A stretch of DNA of 64,000 nucleotides from Eledone cirrhosa (lineage: Eukaryota): NCBI GenBank assembly GCA_964016885.1, contig OZ024741.1:217806001-217870000 (forward strand), given 5' to 3'. A model generated the notes under the pieces. The model saw only the letters and a program-made list of their open reading frames with translations, searched no databases and was not told where the DNA came from. Shown piece after piece: positions 52,598 to 64,000 of this stretch; within the stretch, counting starts at the first letter, position 1; every line of letters starts with the position of its first letter. The translations under genes and the position numbers were made by a program.

Positions 52598-52613
52598 ATA
52601 TATATATATATAT

Positions 52614-54356
52614 ATTGTTTCTGAATTTGTTTAGCAAGATTCTTTATCTGAAAACGTGTGTTGAAACCGATATTGTTATACTTTGGGAGGGTCATGTTGC
52701 CAATAAGAAACACACGCACCAGTTGCTTTCACTCCAATATATTATAAATTTATAAATTTCCGGTTGGTTCCACAACTGGACGGTTGTTCATATATTGTCA
52801 AAGTTCTTTCGTCACACATTCTGTGACCTCTTCAGTGACTGGGGATTCTTTTCTTTGTTTTTGTGCCTCTCCTTTGTTCTGTCCTACGCCATCTTGTTTG
52901 TGTGTGTGTTGTGTGCTTAGTTTGCGCATGTGTTACATCCGGGTGTCTGTGTGTGTTTATATTTGTTTATTTACATGTTACTGGTTGGTTGTTTGTTCTA
53001 TGTGTGTGTGTGTTTTCATTTTGTCCTTAATTGTAAGTTGTGATGTTGCTATTCCATTCATGTTTTCTATTTAATTTTGGTTGGAGTTCATTTATGTTTA
53101 TTGCTTCTGTGATTTGTCTAAACATTGCATCTTTTCTGTGTGTAGATTCTATTTTTATTTCTATGTTCTCTAATTTGCCCTTATGTTCTATTTTAGCATG
53201 TTGGTGGAGTACAGATGATTCTTTTCTATCTTGAAGCTCTCGCCAGTGTTCATTTATCCGTTCCCCTATACTACGAGCTGTCTCACCTATGTACACTATA
53301 TTCTTATCTCTACATTGTCCTTCATTACATCTTATGCTATATGCTACATTTCTAGTTTTACAGTTAATATGGGGCTTAGTTTACAGAGTATACATTTCTT
53401 ATCTATACAGGGAGGTCTTTCAAAAGGGTATGTCCTGCTAATAAGTGTTTTTATGGAGGTACCTGGTCTTCTACTATCTTAATATTAAGTTTATGTTTAT
53501 CTAGGGCCCTTCTAAATTTGTAAGCTAATTCACCACTAGGGGTTGTATTGATGAACATTACACTCTGGTATTTATTGCTATCATACTATGAGTTTATTCT
53601 ATTAACCTTATTCCTAGTTCTTTCTATTCTATTCCAAAATGTGCTCCTATACAAGGGGCAGGTCCCATTTGTATCATTATTTACCATTTTTTCCCATTTG
53701 GTTCTGGCTCCTCTATATACTCTGATTTTATCTCTCTGATTGTAACCAGAGAACTGCATACGGTGGATGAAGTGTTGTATGTGTCTCTCTAGTTCTTTGG
53801 GGTTGCACATGCGGGACACGTTTCTCATCACCCGTACCAAATCCGCAATCAGCATGTTGATTTTGGTGTGATCCGAAACAGCTGAGTTTCGGTGGATCAG
53901 ATATTTGGAAGTCATGGGGTTTGGCATAATGGGAATTAAATAGAAAACATGAATGGAATAGCAACATCACAACTTACAATTAAGGACAAAATGAAAACAC
54001 ACACACACATAGAACAAACAACCAACCAGTAACATGTAAATAAACAAATAAATAAACAAATATAAACACACACAGACACCCGGATGTAACACATGCGCAA
54101 ACTAAGCACACAACACACACAAAAATAAGATGGCGTAGGACAGAACAAAGGAGAGGCACAAAATCAAAGTAAAGAATCCCCAGTCACTGAAGAGGTCACA
54201 TAATGTGTGACGAAAGAACTTTGACAATATATGAACAACCGTCCGGTTGTGGAACCAACCAACCAACCGGAAATTTATAAATTTATAATAAATTGGAGTG
54301 AAAGCAACTGGTGCGTGTGTTTCTTATTGGCAACATGACCCTCCCAAAGCATAACA

Positions 54357-54360
<4 letters not shown>
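52614..54360 (-). mobile_element. 5'-truncated Penelope-like element: RT thumb, C-terminal GIY-YIG and inverted pLTR; inserted in (TA)n
   Basis: ORF 53586-53927 (SGY, PLYR..W.R.ER). Cys-rich linker, then NVAY...VYIGETARSIGERINEH...RQITEA..I...P.LNRKHEWN (53027-53296). Inverted arms 52669-53076 / 53934-54360; tail 52614-52668. Confidence 0.88.
54183..54225 (+). ncRNA. Minimal type-I hammerhead motif in PLE pLTR (mirror at 52797-52839, -)
   Basis: GTCA-CTGAAGA-G-GTCACA...TGTGAC-GAAA-GAAC-TT-TGAC. Confidence 0.72.
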
Positions 54361-54390
<30 letters not shown>

Positions 54391-54493
54391 GTACATACAT
54401 ATATATAGATATATATAGATATCATCATCATCGTCATTGTCATTTTAATGTCTGCTTTCCCTGCTGCCAAGATACATGTGTGTGTATATATAT

Positions 54494-54749
54494 GAAGGCA
54501 CATGGCTTAGTGGTTAAAGTATTGGGCTTTCAATCGAAAGGTTGTGAGTTCAATTCTTGGACCGGGTGATGTGTTGTTTCCTTGAGCAAGACACTTTATT
54601 TCACGTTGCTCCAGTTTACTCTGCTGTAGAAATGAGTACCGGCCTGCCCGCCCAGCCAGTGGGATGGCGTTATCTTATGGTTAAAACATGTGACCAGCGG
54701 CGCCAATTGGCGCCCGACAGACTGGTCGGCCAAGGTGATCAAGGTGATA
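54494..54749 (+). mobile_element. SINE family B, full length
   Basis: A/B boxes, ccttgagcaagacacttt, 3' end caaggtgat repeated twice. Confidence 0.8.
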
Positions 54750-54771
54750 TGTGTATATATATATATGTATG

Positions 54772-54802
<31 letters not shown>

Positions 54803-55227
54803 TCATATATATACACACATACATACATCATTATATATATAGATATATATAAACACACACACACACACACATATATATGTATGTGTATATATATATATAT
54901 ATATATATACATACATATATATATATATATATACACACACACATATATGTATGTGTGTATATATATATATACATACATACATATATATACACACACACAC
55001 ACATATATATGTATATACATACATACATACATACATATATATATATATATACACACACATATATGTATGTGTATATATATATATATATACATACATACAT
55101 ACATATATATATATACACACACACACACATATATATGTATGTGTATATATATATACATACATACATACATATATATATACACACACACACATATATATGT
55201 ATGTGTATATATATATACATACATACA

Positions 55228-55285
<58 letters not shown>

Positions 55286-55320
55286 TATATATATATATAT
55301 ACACTCACATTCTCACACAT
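54750..55320. repeat. (TA)/(TACA)/(CA) compound tract
   Basis: Direct read. Confidence 0.95.
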
Positions 55321-55869
55321 ATGTGCTGTTATTAATGCTGCTGTTGTTATCCTTACTGATTCATATTAACTTTATTTGTATGTGTTGTATTTTTAGTTAC
55401 ATTTTTTATTATACTTTATTTCTTTATTTAAAAAAAACTGTTAAACAATATCAATTTGTTTGTGTATTTACGTTTGCTTTATGTTTATTTTTAGTGATGT
55501 TTGCAGCTGTTTTGTGGCAGTTGGACTGGTTTGGACAGATTTTACATTCTCATGTTACTATGTCATATGTTGCTGTTATTGTTGGTGATGCATGGTACTG
55601 GTGGTGGTGACGGTGCACTTGTAAGCAGTACATAACTGCATAGATACATACATATATATATATGGTGGCTGCCAACTCGTTTTCGAGTACGGCCACTATT
55701 TTATATCCATGTAGGAGAACCTCTACCAATGCCCTGAACGAGTGTGACTTTTTAGTCCAGCCAGTGACTTGAAAGCTCTGGTACAAACACTACACTTGTG
55801 ACAATTATTGACACATAGTGCTGGGCCCATGGTACCATGTGACGACAAGTGCATAGAGATCTCCAGATA

Positions 55870-55989
55870 TAAAACAATGCCTGTGCCGTGAAGCTTTTAC
55901 AGTGAGCAAAGGTACTGCACAAAGCCAGTCCCACTCTCTTAACCAAGATGATATTTACCAAAAAGAAGAACAAGTCAACATCATTGGAT
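55870..55989 (-). mobile_element. Diverged RTE 5'-region remnant
   Basis: atgcctgtgc...tcccactctct...aagaacaagtcaacatcattggat matches 2022-2138. Confidence 0.6.
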
Positions 55990-56090
55990 ACATACATACA
56001 TACAATACATACATACATACATACATACATACATACATACATACATACATACATAAATACATACATACATACATACATATATATATATAT

Positions 56091-56254
56091 GTAGGAGTTG
56101 TATTTAATTTGTTGGAATTCCGACAAACATAAATGTTTATAACTGATATAGAGCACTCAACAAGTTACTGGAGTAAATATTCCAAGATAATAATAAATGG
56201 AAACTATATTTATAAAATGGTTTTATAAATATAGTTTCCATTTATTATTATCTT
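56091..56254 (-). mobile_element. Fold-back PLE-like insert, family F1
   Basis: Tail 56091-56183 nearly identical to the reverse complement of 44670-44762; arms 56184-56217 / 56221-56254. Confidence 0.78.
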
Positions 56255-56260
56255 ACATAT

Positions 56261-56364
56261 AATCCCGCCGAGGTTAACTTTGCCTTTCATCCTTACGGGG
56301 TCGATAAAATAAAGTACCAGTAATACACTGGGTAATTGCTGGCCTTGTGCCAAAAGTAGAAACA
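56261..56364 (+). mobile_element. 5'-truncated SINE A with 17-bp TSD
   Basis: TSD ATTATTATCTTACATAT at 56244-56260 and 56365-56381. Confidence 0.88.
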
Positions 56365-56719
56365 ATTATTATCTTACATATATATAGTTGAAGGAGACAA
56401 CAAACAGAGGTACAAAGGGTCTTATTAGTTTCACGCTTTATATTGGAAAGAGGAAAGAAAGTTTGATGTGTTGGGCTTTAGCCCTTCTTCAGGAGTACAA
56501 AATAGAGAAGGGATCACAAAGGAGAAACATAAAAAATGTCATATATATATATATATATATATAATAGTAGAACACTGGTGGGTTATATCAGTAGTAGTAG
56601 AGCACTCAGTCCATGGGACAAGTTTGGTAGAAGACCGAGCTCAGGATCCAAATAAGGTGAAGCATTTGATCTCAGTATGGTGAACTAACTGTTATGGAAC
56701 TACTTATATATATATATGT

Positions 56720-57006
56720 GTGTGAGTTAGGTAATTCTGAAGGAAAAGCAAAGGAAAAAAGAGTGCTCTATGTATAGAACAGAGCTATTTAATTAGAAAG
56801 TGAACAACACAAATATAACTACTCCATTACCAAAGGTTTCTGGATCTCAGATGATAATAATATACGGCTTTTATCTATAGATAAAAGATCTTTTATCTAT
56901 AACATCTCTGTCTGATGACTGATCCAGACGTATATTATTATCATCTGTGATCCAGAAACCTTTGGTAATGGAGTAGTTTTATTTTGTGTTGTTCACTTTC
57001 TAATTA
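56720..57006 (-). mobile_element. Fold-back PLE-like insert in (TA)n
   Basis: Arms 56790-56866 / 56929-57006; tail 56720-56789. Confidence 0.72.
56906..56973 (+). ncRNA. Type-I hammerhead ribozyme motif
   Basis: CTCTGT-CTGATGA-CTGATCCAGA...TCTGTGATCCA-GAAA-CCTTTGG-TA-ATGGAG; GUA triplet. Confidence 0.68.
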
Positions 57007-57026
57007 TATATATATATATATATATA

Positions 57027-58738
57027 TTGATGGACCAGGTCATGAAAGTAACAGAAAGAGTTATAGCACAGCTGATTAGGGACCGGGTGAATATAGACGA
57101 GATGCAATTTGGGTTTGTACCAGGGAAAGGCACCACTGATGCGCTCTTCCTTGTGAGGCAATTACAGGAAAAGTACCTAGCTAAAAGTAAGCCACTCTAC
57201 TTGGCATTTGTCGACCTTGAGAAAGCCTTTGACAGAGTTCCACGTGCAGTAATCTGGTGGGCTCTTAGAAAACTAGGAGTAGATGAATGGCTTGTGAAAG
57301 TGGTACAAGCCATGTATAGGGGAGCAGTCAGCAAAGTTAGGATTGGCAATGAGTATAGCGAGGAATTTAGCGTACAGGTTGGGGTCCACCAGGGCTCTGT
57401 TCTTAGCCCTCTCCTGTTCATCATAGTCCTGCAGGCAATAACGGAGGAGTTTAAGACCGGATGCCCATGGGAACTCCTGTATGCTGATGACCTCGCACTC
57501 ATAGCTGAATCTATGGTAGAACTAGAGAATAAATTCCAAACCTGGAAGCAGGGACTAGAGAGAAAGGGCCTCAAAGTCAACATGACAAAGACTAAGGTCC
57601 TTATAAGTAGACGAGAAAACAGAACCCAGATCCCCTCAGGGAAATGGCCTTGCTCAGTATGTAGGAAAGGTGTAGGTAGGAACTCCATTCTTTGCCCCAA
57701 ATGCAAACAATGGGTACACAAGAGATGTAGCGGGATCTCAGGAAGCTTAATTAAGAATGTAGGATTCACATGCAGCAGCTGTGCTGAAACAGCAAGCAAA
57801 CAGCCACAGGAAACAAGTACCACCAATCTCTGGGAGGGCCCTGTAGAAACAGTAGACAGCTTCTGCTACCTAGGTGACCGAATTAGCAACGGAGGTGGGT
57901 GCTCAGAAAGTACAATAACTAGGGTAAGAACGGGATGGAAGAAGTTTAGGGAACTACTACCACTGCTAGCTGCAAAAGGCTTCTCCCTCAGAATGAAAGG
58001 CAGACTGTATGATGCGTGTATCCGAACAGCGATGTTGCATGGTAGTGAGACCTGGGCGCTGAAGGTGGAAGACTTACGTAGATTAGAGAGAAACGAAGCC
58101 TGCATGCTCCGATGGATGTGTAACAGTAATATACGTGAACGACAAAGCATAAATGAATTGAGAGAGAGACTGAGCATAAGAGGAATCAAATGCTGCGTGC
58201 AGGAGAGGCGGTTACGCTGGTATGGACATGTGTTGCGTATGAAGGATGACAGCTGCATAAAAAGGTGCAGAGCACTAGAAGTTGATGGAAACCGCGGAGT
58301 GGGGAGACCCAAGATGACTTGGGATGAGGTGATAAAAGCCGACCTTACCCAACTACACCTCTCAAAGTCAATGACACACGACCGTGACTTCTGGCGTCAC
58401 GCAGTAATACAGGGTACCCGACCTCCCATGGGTACATGCTGAAGCATATAAACAATATGCCCCCCCCCCTCCCCCCCTCAAGGTGGTCGTGGAGGTGCCA
58501 CGGCAAAAAAGCACCCAGCCCACACTGTAAAGTGGACGTGTAGGCGCCACGAAAAAGCACCCAGCACTCACTGTAAATGAGGTTGGTGTTAGGAAGGGCA
58601 TCCAGCTGTAGAAATCAAGCCAGATCAGTTCCTGTATGAGCAAGGCATGGTCAGCCGACCAGACACTGCCCACAACAGGACAACCCGTCTAACCCATGCT
58701 AGCGTGGAAGAACGGACGTAAAACGGTGATGATGATGA

Positions 58739-58741
<3 letters not shown>
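57027..58741 (+). mobile_element. RTE-PHD LINE, 5'-truncated, second subfamily with an open RT frame
   Basis: Uninterrupted 471-aa ORF (QFGF, YADD, PHD, YLG, RLRWYGHV, GRP); (GAT)n tail; flanked by (TA)n. Confidence 0.93.
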
Positions 58742-58796
<55 letters not shown>

Positions 58797-59139
58797 CTTA
58801 ATTTCCAACTTCATTAAGTAATTGTCCCATAATATGTAAGCATCTCAATGAAAAGATAAGATATATCTATTTATCTAGAGCGGGTAAAATTCCCGAGATC
58901 ATAGGATATATTAATAAATTAAACCAACAATCCACTCAGTAAAGTATTAAAGATATCAAATTTAAGCCCAAATTACACTTGGGTGGGATTATAAGTCAAA
59001 CTGGCTAAATAAACCCAATTCTAACTGATATAATGCCCTAAACATAGTTTCAAAAATCTAAAGACACAGCATTTAGAATTTCAAGACATTGGAATAACCA
59101 GAGTACTCACAGTCATAAGACAAACTGACATTGTACCTG

Positions 59140-59320
59140 CTGTTGATGACTTTTTTTACCAACAGGATGAAAGCTTCTTCAATGGGATCCAAGCACTGCA
59201 ACCCTGATGGAAGTAGTGTGTGGATTGCAAGGGGGACTATGTTGAAAAATAAACCTCATTTGGTCAGATTTCACGAGAGTATTTTGTTCAGCATATGAAC
59301 GTTTCAGCTAACTCTTACAT
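59140..59320 (+). mobile_element. Mariner transposase 3' remnant
   Basis: DDFF...QDESFFNGIQALQ..WK.CVDCKGDYVEK*. Confidence 0.75.
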
Positions 59321-59417
59321 TGTTTTTCAGGATCTAGTCAATAGAGTGAGCGACAGATCCACATTGAGCTCTATTACTGAGTCTATTTCAGCTGAGGCTG
59401 GGTGATGAACAAGATAG

Positions 59418-59585
59418 TTCTTCTTCGTCCAATTATTCCTGAGAGGGTCGTGGCGGAAGAGTCTTCAAACACTCCTTCCAGTGGGTCCTGTCAGAAGTAA
59501 TCATCTCCAACTGATCCGGCTAGCCAAGCTCATGGATGTTATCCAACTATCTTGCTCAGGGTCTCCTGCCAGTCAGTTTTGCCAA
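59418..59585 (-). mobile_element. RTE 3' end with (GAA)n tail
   Basis: Homologous to 19320-19520. Confidence 0.72.
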
Positions 59586-59704
59586 TGGTTAAAATGAAAA
59601 AACCCAACAAAATGCTGCTTTTTCTTTGAGAAGACCAAAAGTAGAAATTTAAAGGTTCTTACATAAAACTTTTATGAAATGTTTTAAGATAAGTATAAAT
59701 AATA

Positions 59705-59890
59705 GTTTCTGATTTAGGGACAAGGCCAGCAATTTTGGGCGGGGCAAGTATGTGACTGGTACTTTATTTTATCGACACCGTAAGGATGAAAGGCAAAGTT
59801 AACCTCGGCAGGATTTGAACTCAGACCGTAAAGGGTCATAACTCTATGCTGCAAAGCATGGCGCCCAACCCTCTACTGATACTGCCAAAA
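59705..59890 (-). mobile_element. SINE family A
   Basis: Same body and B-box. Confidence 0.85.
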
Positions 59891-60264
59891 TAATGAAAGA
59901 TTGTAGATAAATATAAACAGTTTTATGTCAGTGAAACAGAGGAGGTTCCAGGCAGTTTGATATGTAAAGGGTTGAACTAAGAATTCTGAGTCATTCAGTT
60001 TATATTTCATAATCAGTGATATTTAGTCTGTCTTACTAACACACATTACTAATATTGGGTTTTAGTCTCTTGTAAATGATTACTGTTCACTTGTGGTGGT
60101 TGTTGTTGTAGTGGTGGTGGTGGTGGTGATGGTGGAGGTGGTGGTGCTGGTGGTTGTGGTGAAGGTGGTGATTGTGATGGTGGTGGTTGATGGTGGAGGT
60201 TGTGGTGATGTTGGTGATTGTGGTGATGGTGGTGGTGATGTTGGTGGTAGTGGTGAAGATGGAA

Positions 60265-63200
60265 GTGGTGGTATTTGTGGGGTGCTAGTGTTGGTGGTGG
60301 TTGTGGTGATGGTGGTGTTTGTGGGGGGTGTTAGTGTTGGTGGTGGTAGTTGTGGTGATGGTGGTGTTTGTGGGGGGTGTTAGTGTTGGTGGTGGTAGTT
60401 GTGGTGATGGTGGTGTTTGTGGGGGTGTTAGTATTGGTGGTGGTAGTTGTGGTGATGGTGGTGTTTGTGGGGGGTGTTAGTGTTGGTGGTGGTAGTTGTG
60501 GTGATGGTGGTGTTTGTGTGGGGTGTTAGTGTTGGTGGTGGTAGTTGTGGTGATGGTGGTGTTTGTGTGGGGTGTTAGTGTTGGTGGTGGTAGTTGTGGT
60601 GATGGTGGTGTTTGTGGAGGGTGTTAGTGTTGATGGTGGTAGTTGTGGTGATGGTGGTGTTTGTGGGGGGTGTTAGTGTTGGTGGTGGTAGTTGTGGTGA
60701 TGGTGGTGTTTGTGGAGGGTGTTAGTGTTGGTGGTGGTAGTTGTGGTGATGGTGGTGTTTGTGTGGGGTGTTAGTGTTGGTGGTGGTAGTTGTGGTGATG
60801 GTGGTGTTTGTGGGGGGTGTTAGTGTTGGTGGTGGTTGTGGTGATGGTGATGTTTGTGGGGGGTGTTAGTGTTGGTGGTGGTAGTTGTGGTGATGGTGGT
60901 GTTTGTGTGGGGTGTTAGTGTTGGTGGTGGTAGTTGTGGTGATGGTGGTGTTTGTGTGGGGTGTTAGTGTTGGTGGTGGTAGTTGTGGTGATGGTGGTGT
61001 TTGTGGGGGGTGTTAGTGTTGGTGGTGGTTGTGGTGATGGTGGTGTTTGTGGGGGTGTTAGTATTGGTGGTGGTAGTTGTGGTGATGGTGGTGTTTGTGG
61101 GGGGTGTTAGTGTTGGTGGTGGTAGTTGTGGTGATGGTGGTGTTTGTGGGGGTGTTAGTATTGGTGGTGGTAGTTGTGGTGATGGTGGTGTTTGTGGGGG
61201 GTGTTAGTGTTGGTGGTGGTAGTTGTGGTGATGGTGGTGTTTGTGGGGGGTGTTAGTGTTGGTGGTGGTAGTTGTGGTGATGGTGGTGTTTGTGGGGGTG
61301 TTAGTATTGGTGGTGGTAGTTGTGGTGATGGTGGTGTTTGTGGGGGGTGTTAGTGTTGGTGGTGGTAGTTGTGGTGATGGTGGTGTTTGTGTGGGGTGTT
61401 AGTGTTGGTGGTGGTAGTTGTGGTGATGGTGGTGTTTGTGGGGGGAGGGTGTTAGTGTTGATGGTGGTAGTTGTGGTGATGGTGGTGTTTGTGGGGGGGT
61501 GTTAGTGTTGGTGGTGGTAGTTGTGGTGATGGTGGTGTTTGTGGGGGGAGGGTGTTAGTGTTGGTGGTGGTAGTTGTGGTGATGGTGTTGTTTGTGAGGG
61601 GTGTTAGTGTTGGTGGTAGTTGTGGTGATGGTGGTGTTTGTGGGGGGTGTTAGTGTTGGTGGTGGTAGTTGTGGTGATGGTGGTGTTTGTGGGGGTGTTA
61701 GTGTTGGTGGTAGTTGTGGTGATGGTGGTGTTTGTGGGGGGTGTTAGTGTTGGTGGTGGTAGTTGTGGTAATGGTGGTGTTTGTGGGGGGTGTTAGTGTT
61801 GGTGGTAGTTGTGGTGATGGTGGTGTTTGTGGGGGGTGTTAGTGTTGGTGGTGGTAGTTGTGGTGATGGTGGTGTTTGTGGGGGAGGGTGTTAGTGTTGG
61901 TGGTGGTAGTTGTGGTGATGGTGGTGTTTGTGGGGGGTGTTAGTGTTGGTGGTGGTAGTTTGGTGGTGGTAGTTGTGGTGATGGTGGTGTTTGTGGAGGG
62001 TGTTAGTGTTGGTGGTGGTAGTTGTGGTGATGGTGGTGTTTGTGAGGGGTGTTAGTGTTGGTGGAGGTAGTTGTGGTGATGGTGGTGTTTGTGGGCGGTG
62101 TTAGTGTTGGTGGTGGTAGTTGTGGTGATGGTGGTGTTTGTGAGGGGTGTTAGTGTTGGTGGTGGTAGTTGTGGTGATGGTGGTGTTTGTGTGGGGTGTT
62201 AGTGTTGGTGGTGGTAGTTGTGGTGATGGTGGTGTTTGTGGGGGGTGTTAGTGTTGGTGGTGGTTGTGGTGATGGTGGTGTTTGTGGGGGGTGTTAGTGT
62301 TGGTGGTAGTTGTGGTGATGGTGGTGTTTGTGGGGGGTGTTAGTGTTGGTGGTAGTTGTGGTGATGGTGGTGTTTGTGGGGGGTGTTAGTGTTGGTGGTA
62401 GTTGTGGTGATGGTGGTGTTTGTGAGGGGTGTTAGTATTGGTGGTGGTAGTTGTGGTGATGGTGGTGTTTGTGGAGGGTGTTAGTGTTGGTGGTGGTAGT
62501 TGTGGTGATGGTGGTGTTTGTGGGGGGTGTTAGTGTTGATGGTGGTAGTTGTGGTGATGGTGGTGTTTGTGGGGGGGTGTTAGTGTTGGTGGTAGTTGTG
62601 GTGATGGTGGTGTTTGTGGGGGGTGTTAGTGTTGGTGGTAGTTGTGGTGATGGTGGTGTTTGTGAGGGGTGTTAGTGTTGGTGGTGGTAGTTGTGGTGAT
62701 GGTGGTGTTTGTGAGGGGTGTTAGTGTTGGTGGTGGTAGTTGTGGTGATGGTGGTGTTTGTGGAGGGTGTTAGTGTTGGTGGTGGTAGTTGTGGTGATGG
62801 TGGTGTTTGTGGGGGGTGTTAGTGTTGGTGGTAGTTGTGGTGATGGTGGTGTTTGTGGGGGGTGTTAGTGTTGGTGGTAGTTGTGGTGATGGTGGTGTTT
62901 GTGAGGGGTGTTAGTGTTGGTGGTGGTAGTTGTGGTGATGGTGGTGTTTGTGGAGGGTGTTAGTGTTGGTGGTGGTAGTTGTGGTGATGGTGGTGTTTGT
63001 GGGGGGTGTTAGTGTTGATGGTGGTAGTTGTGGTGATGGTGGTGTTTGTGGGGGGGTGTTAGTGTTGATGGTGGTAGTTGTGGTGATGGTGGTGTTTGTG
63101 GGGGGTGTTAGTGTTGATGGTGGTAGTTGTGGTGATGGTGGTGTTTGTGGGGGGTGTTAGTGTTGATGGTGGTAGTTGTGGTGATGGTGGTGTTTGTGGG

Positions 63201-64000
63201 TGGTGTTAGTGTTGATGGTGGTAGTTGTGGTGATGGTGGTGTTTGTGGGGGGTGTTAGTGTTGGTGGTGGTAGTTGTGGTGATGGTGGTGTTTGTGGGCG
63301 GTGTTAGTGTTGGTGGTGGTAGTTGTGGTGATGGTGGTGTTTGTGGGCGGTGTTAGTGTTGGTGGTGGTAGTTGTGGTGATGGTGGTGTTTGTGGGGGGT
63401 GTTAGTGTTGATGGTGGTAGTTGTGGTGATGGTGGTGTTTGTGGGCGGTGTTAGTGTTGGTGGTGGTAGTTGTGGTGATGGTGGTGTTTGTGGGGGGTGT
63501 TAGTGTTGGTGGTGGTAGTTGTGGTGATGGTGGTGTTTGTGGGCGGTGTTAGTGTTGGTGGTGGTAGTTGTGGTGATGGTGGTGTTTGTGGGCGGTGTTA
63601 GTGTTGGTGGTGGTAGTTGTGGTGATGGTGGTGTTTGTGGGGGGTGTTAGTGTTGATGGTGGTAGTTGTGGTGATGGTGGTGTTTGTGGGCGGTGTTAGT
63701 GTTGATGGTGGTAGTTGTGGTGATGGTGGTGTTTGTGGGGGGTGTTAGTGTTGATGGTGGTAGTTGTGGTGATGGTGGTGTTTGTGGGGGGTGTTAGTGT
63801 TGGTGGTGGTAGTTGTGGTGATGGTGGTGTTTGTGGGCGGTGTTAGTGTTGATGGTGGTAGTTGTGGTGATGGTGGTGTTTGTGGGGGGTGTTAGAGTTG
63901 ATGGTGGTAGTTGTGGTGGTGGTGGTGTTTGTGAGGGGTGTTAGTGTTGATGGTGGTAGTTGTTGTGATGGTGGTGTTTGTGGAGGGCGTTTGTGTTGAT
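60265..64000. repeat. About 49-bp G/T-rich satellite (GGTGGTGGTAGTTGTGGTGATGGTGGTGTTTGTGGGGGGTGTTAGTGTT), about 75 units; runs off window
   Basis: Direct read. Confidence 0.97.

Noticed and set aside
53300-53600. Selenocysteine-recoded PLE (Naiad-like)
   Set aside because: The in-frame stop seen is TAG at a likely Trp position with nearby frameshifts, and the endonuclease is C-terminal.
56425-56500. Hammerhead on minus strand (CTGAAGA-AGGGC-TAAA-GCCC)
   Set aside because: GAAA is replaced by AACA and stem I does not pair; at most a decayed relic.

Overview
This is eukaryotic, repeat-saturated DNA with no recognisable host exon. The SINE bodies, (GAT)n-tailed RTE LINEs and dense microsatellites resemble an octopod cephalopod (inference, not checked). 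It holds decayed retrotransposons of the RTE, R4/Dong-like, Tx1/L1, CRE-like and Penelope-like (PLE) groups, DNA transposons and MITEs (hAT/Buster, Mutator-like, mariner, piggyBac-like), two tRNA-derived SINE families and several minisatellites. The main signal is a recurring architecture at (TA)n tracts: (TA)n, arm, loop, inverted arm, unpaired tail, (TA)n. It occurs about nine times with largely unrelated sequences. Many of these inserts, and neighbouring non-palindromic ones, carry minimal type-I hammerhead ribozyme motifs (CUGANGA...GAAA...NUH); about ten were found by eye. One (52.6-54.4 kb) still encodes a PLE RT-thumb and GIY-YIG endonuclease, linking the short fold-back inserts to Penelope-like retroelements. 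Other points: different retroelement clades occupy different microsatellites, an RTE family has a PHD finger inside its RT, and two minisatellites appear to derive from retrotransposon coding ends. Coordinates were read by eye and may be off by a few bases.
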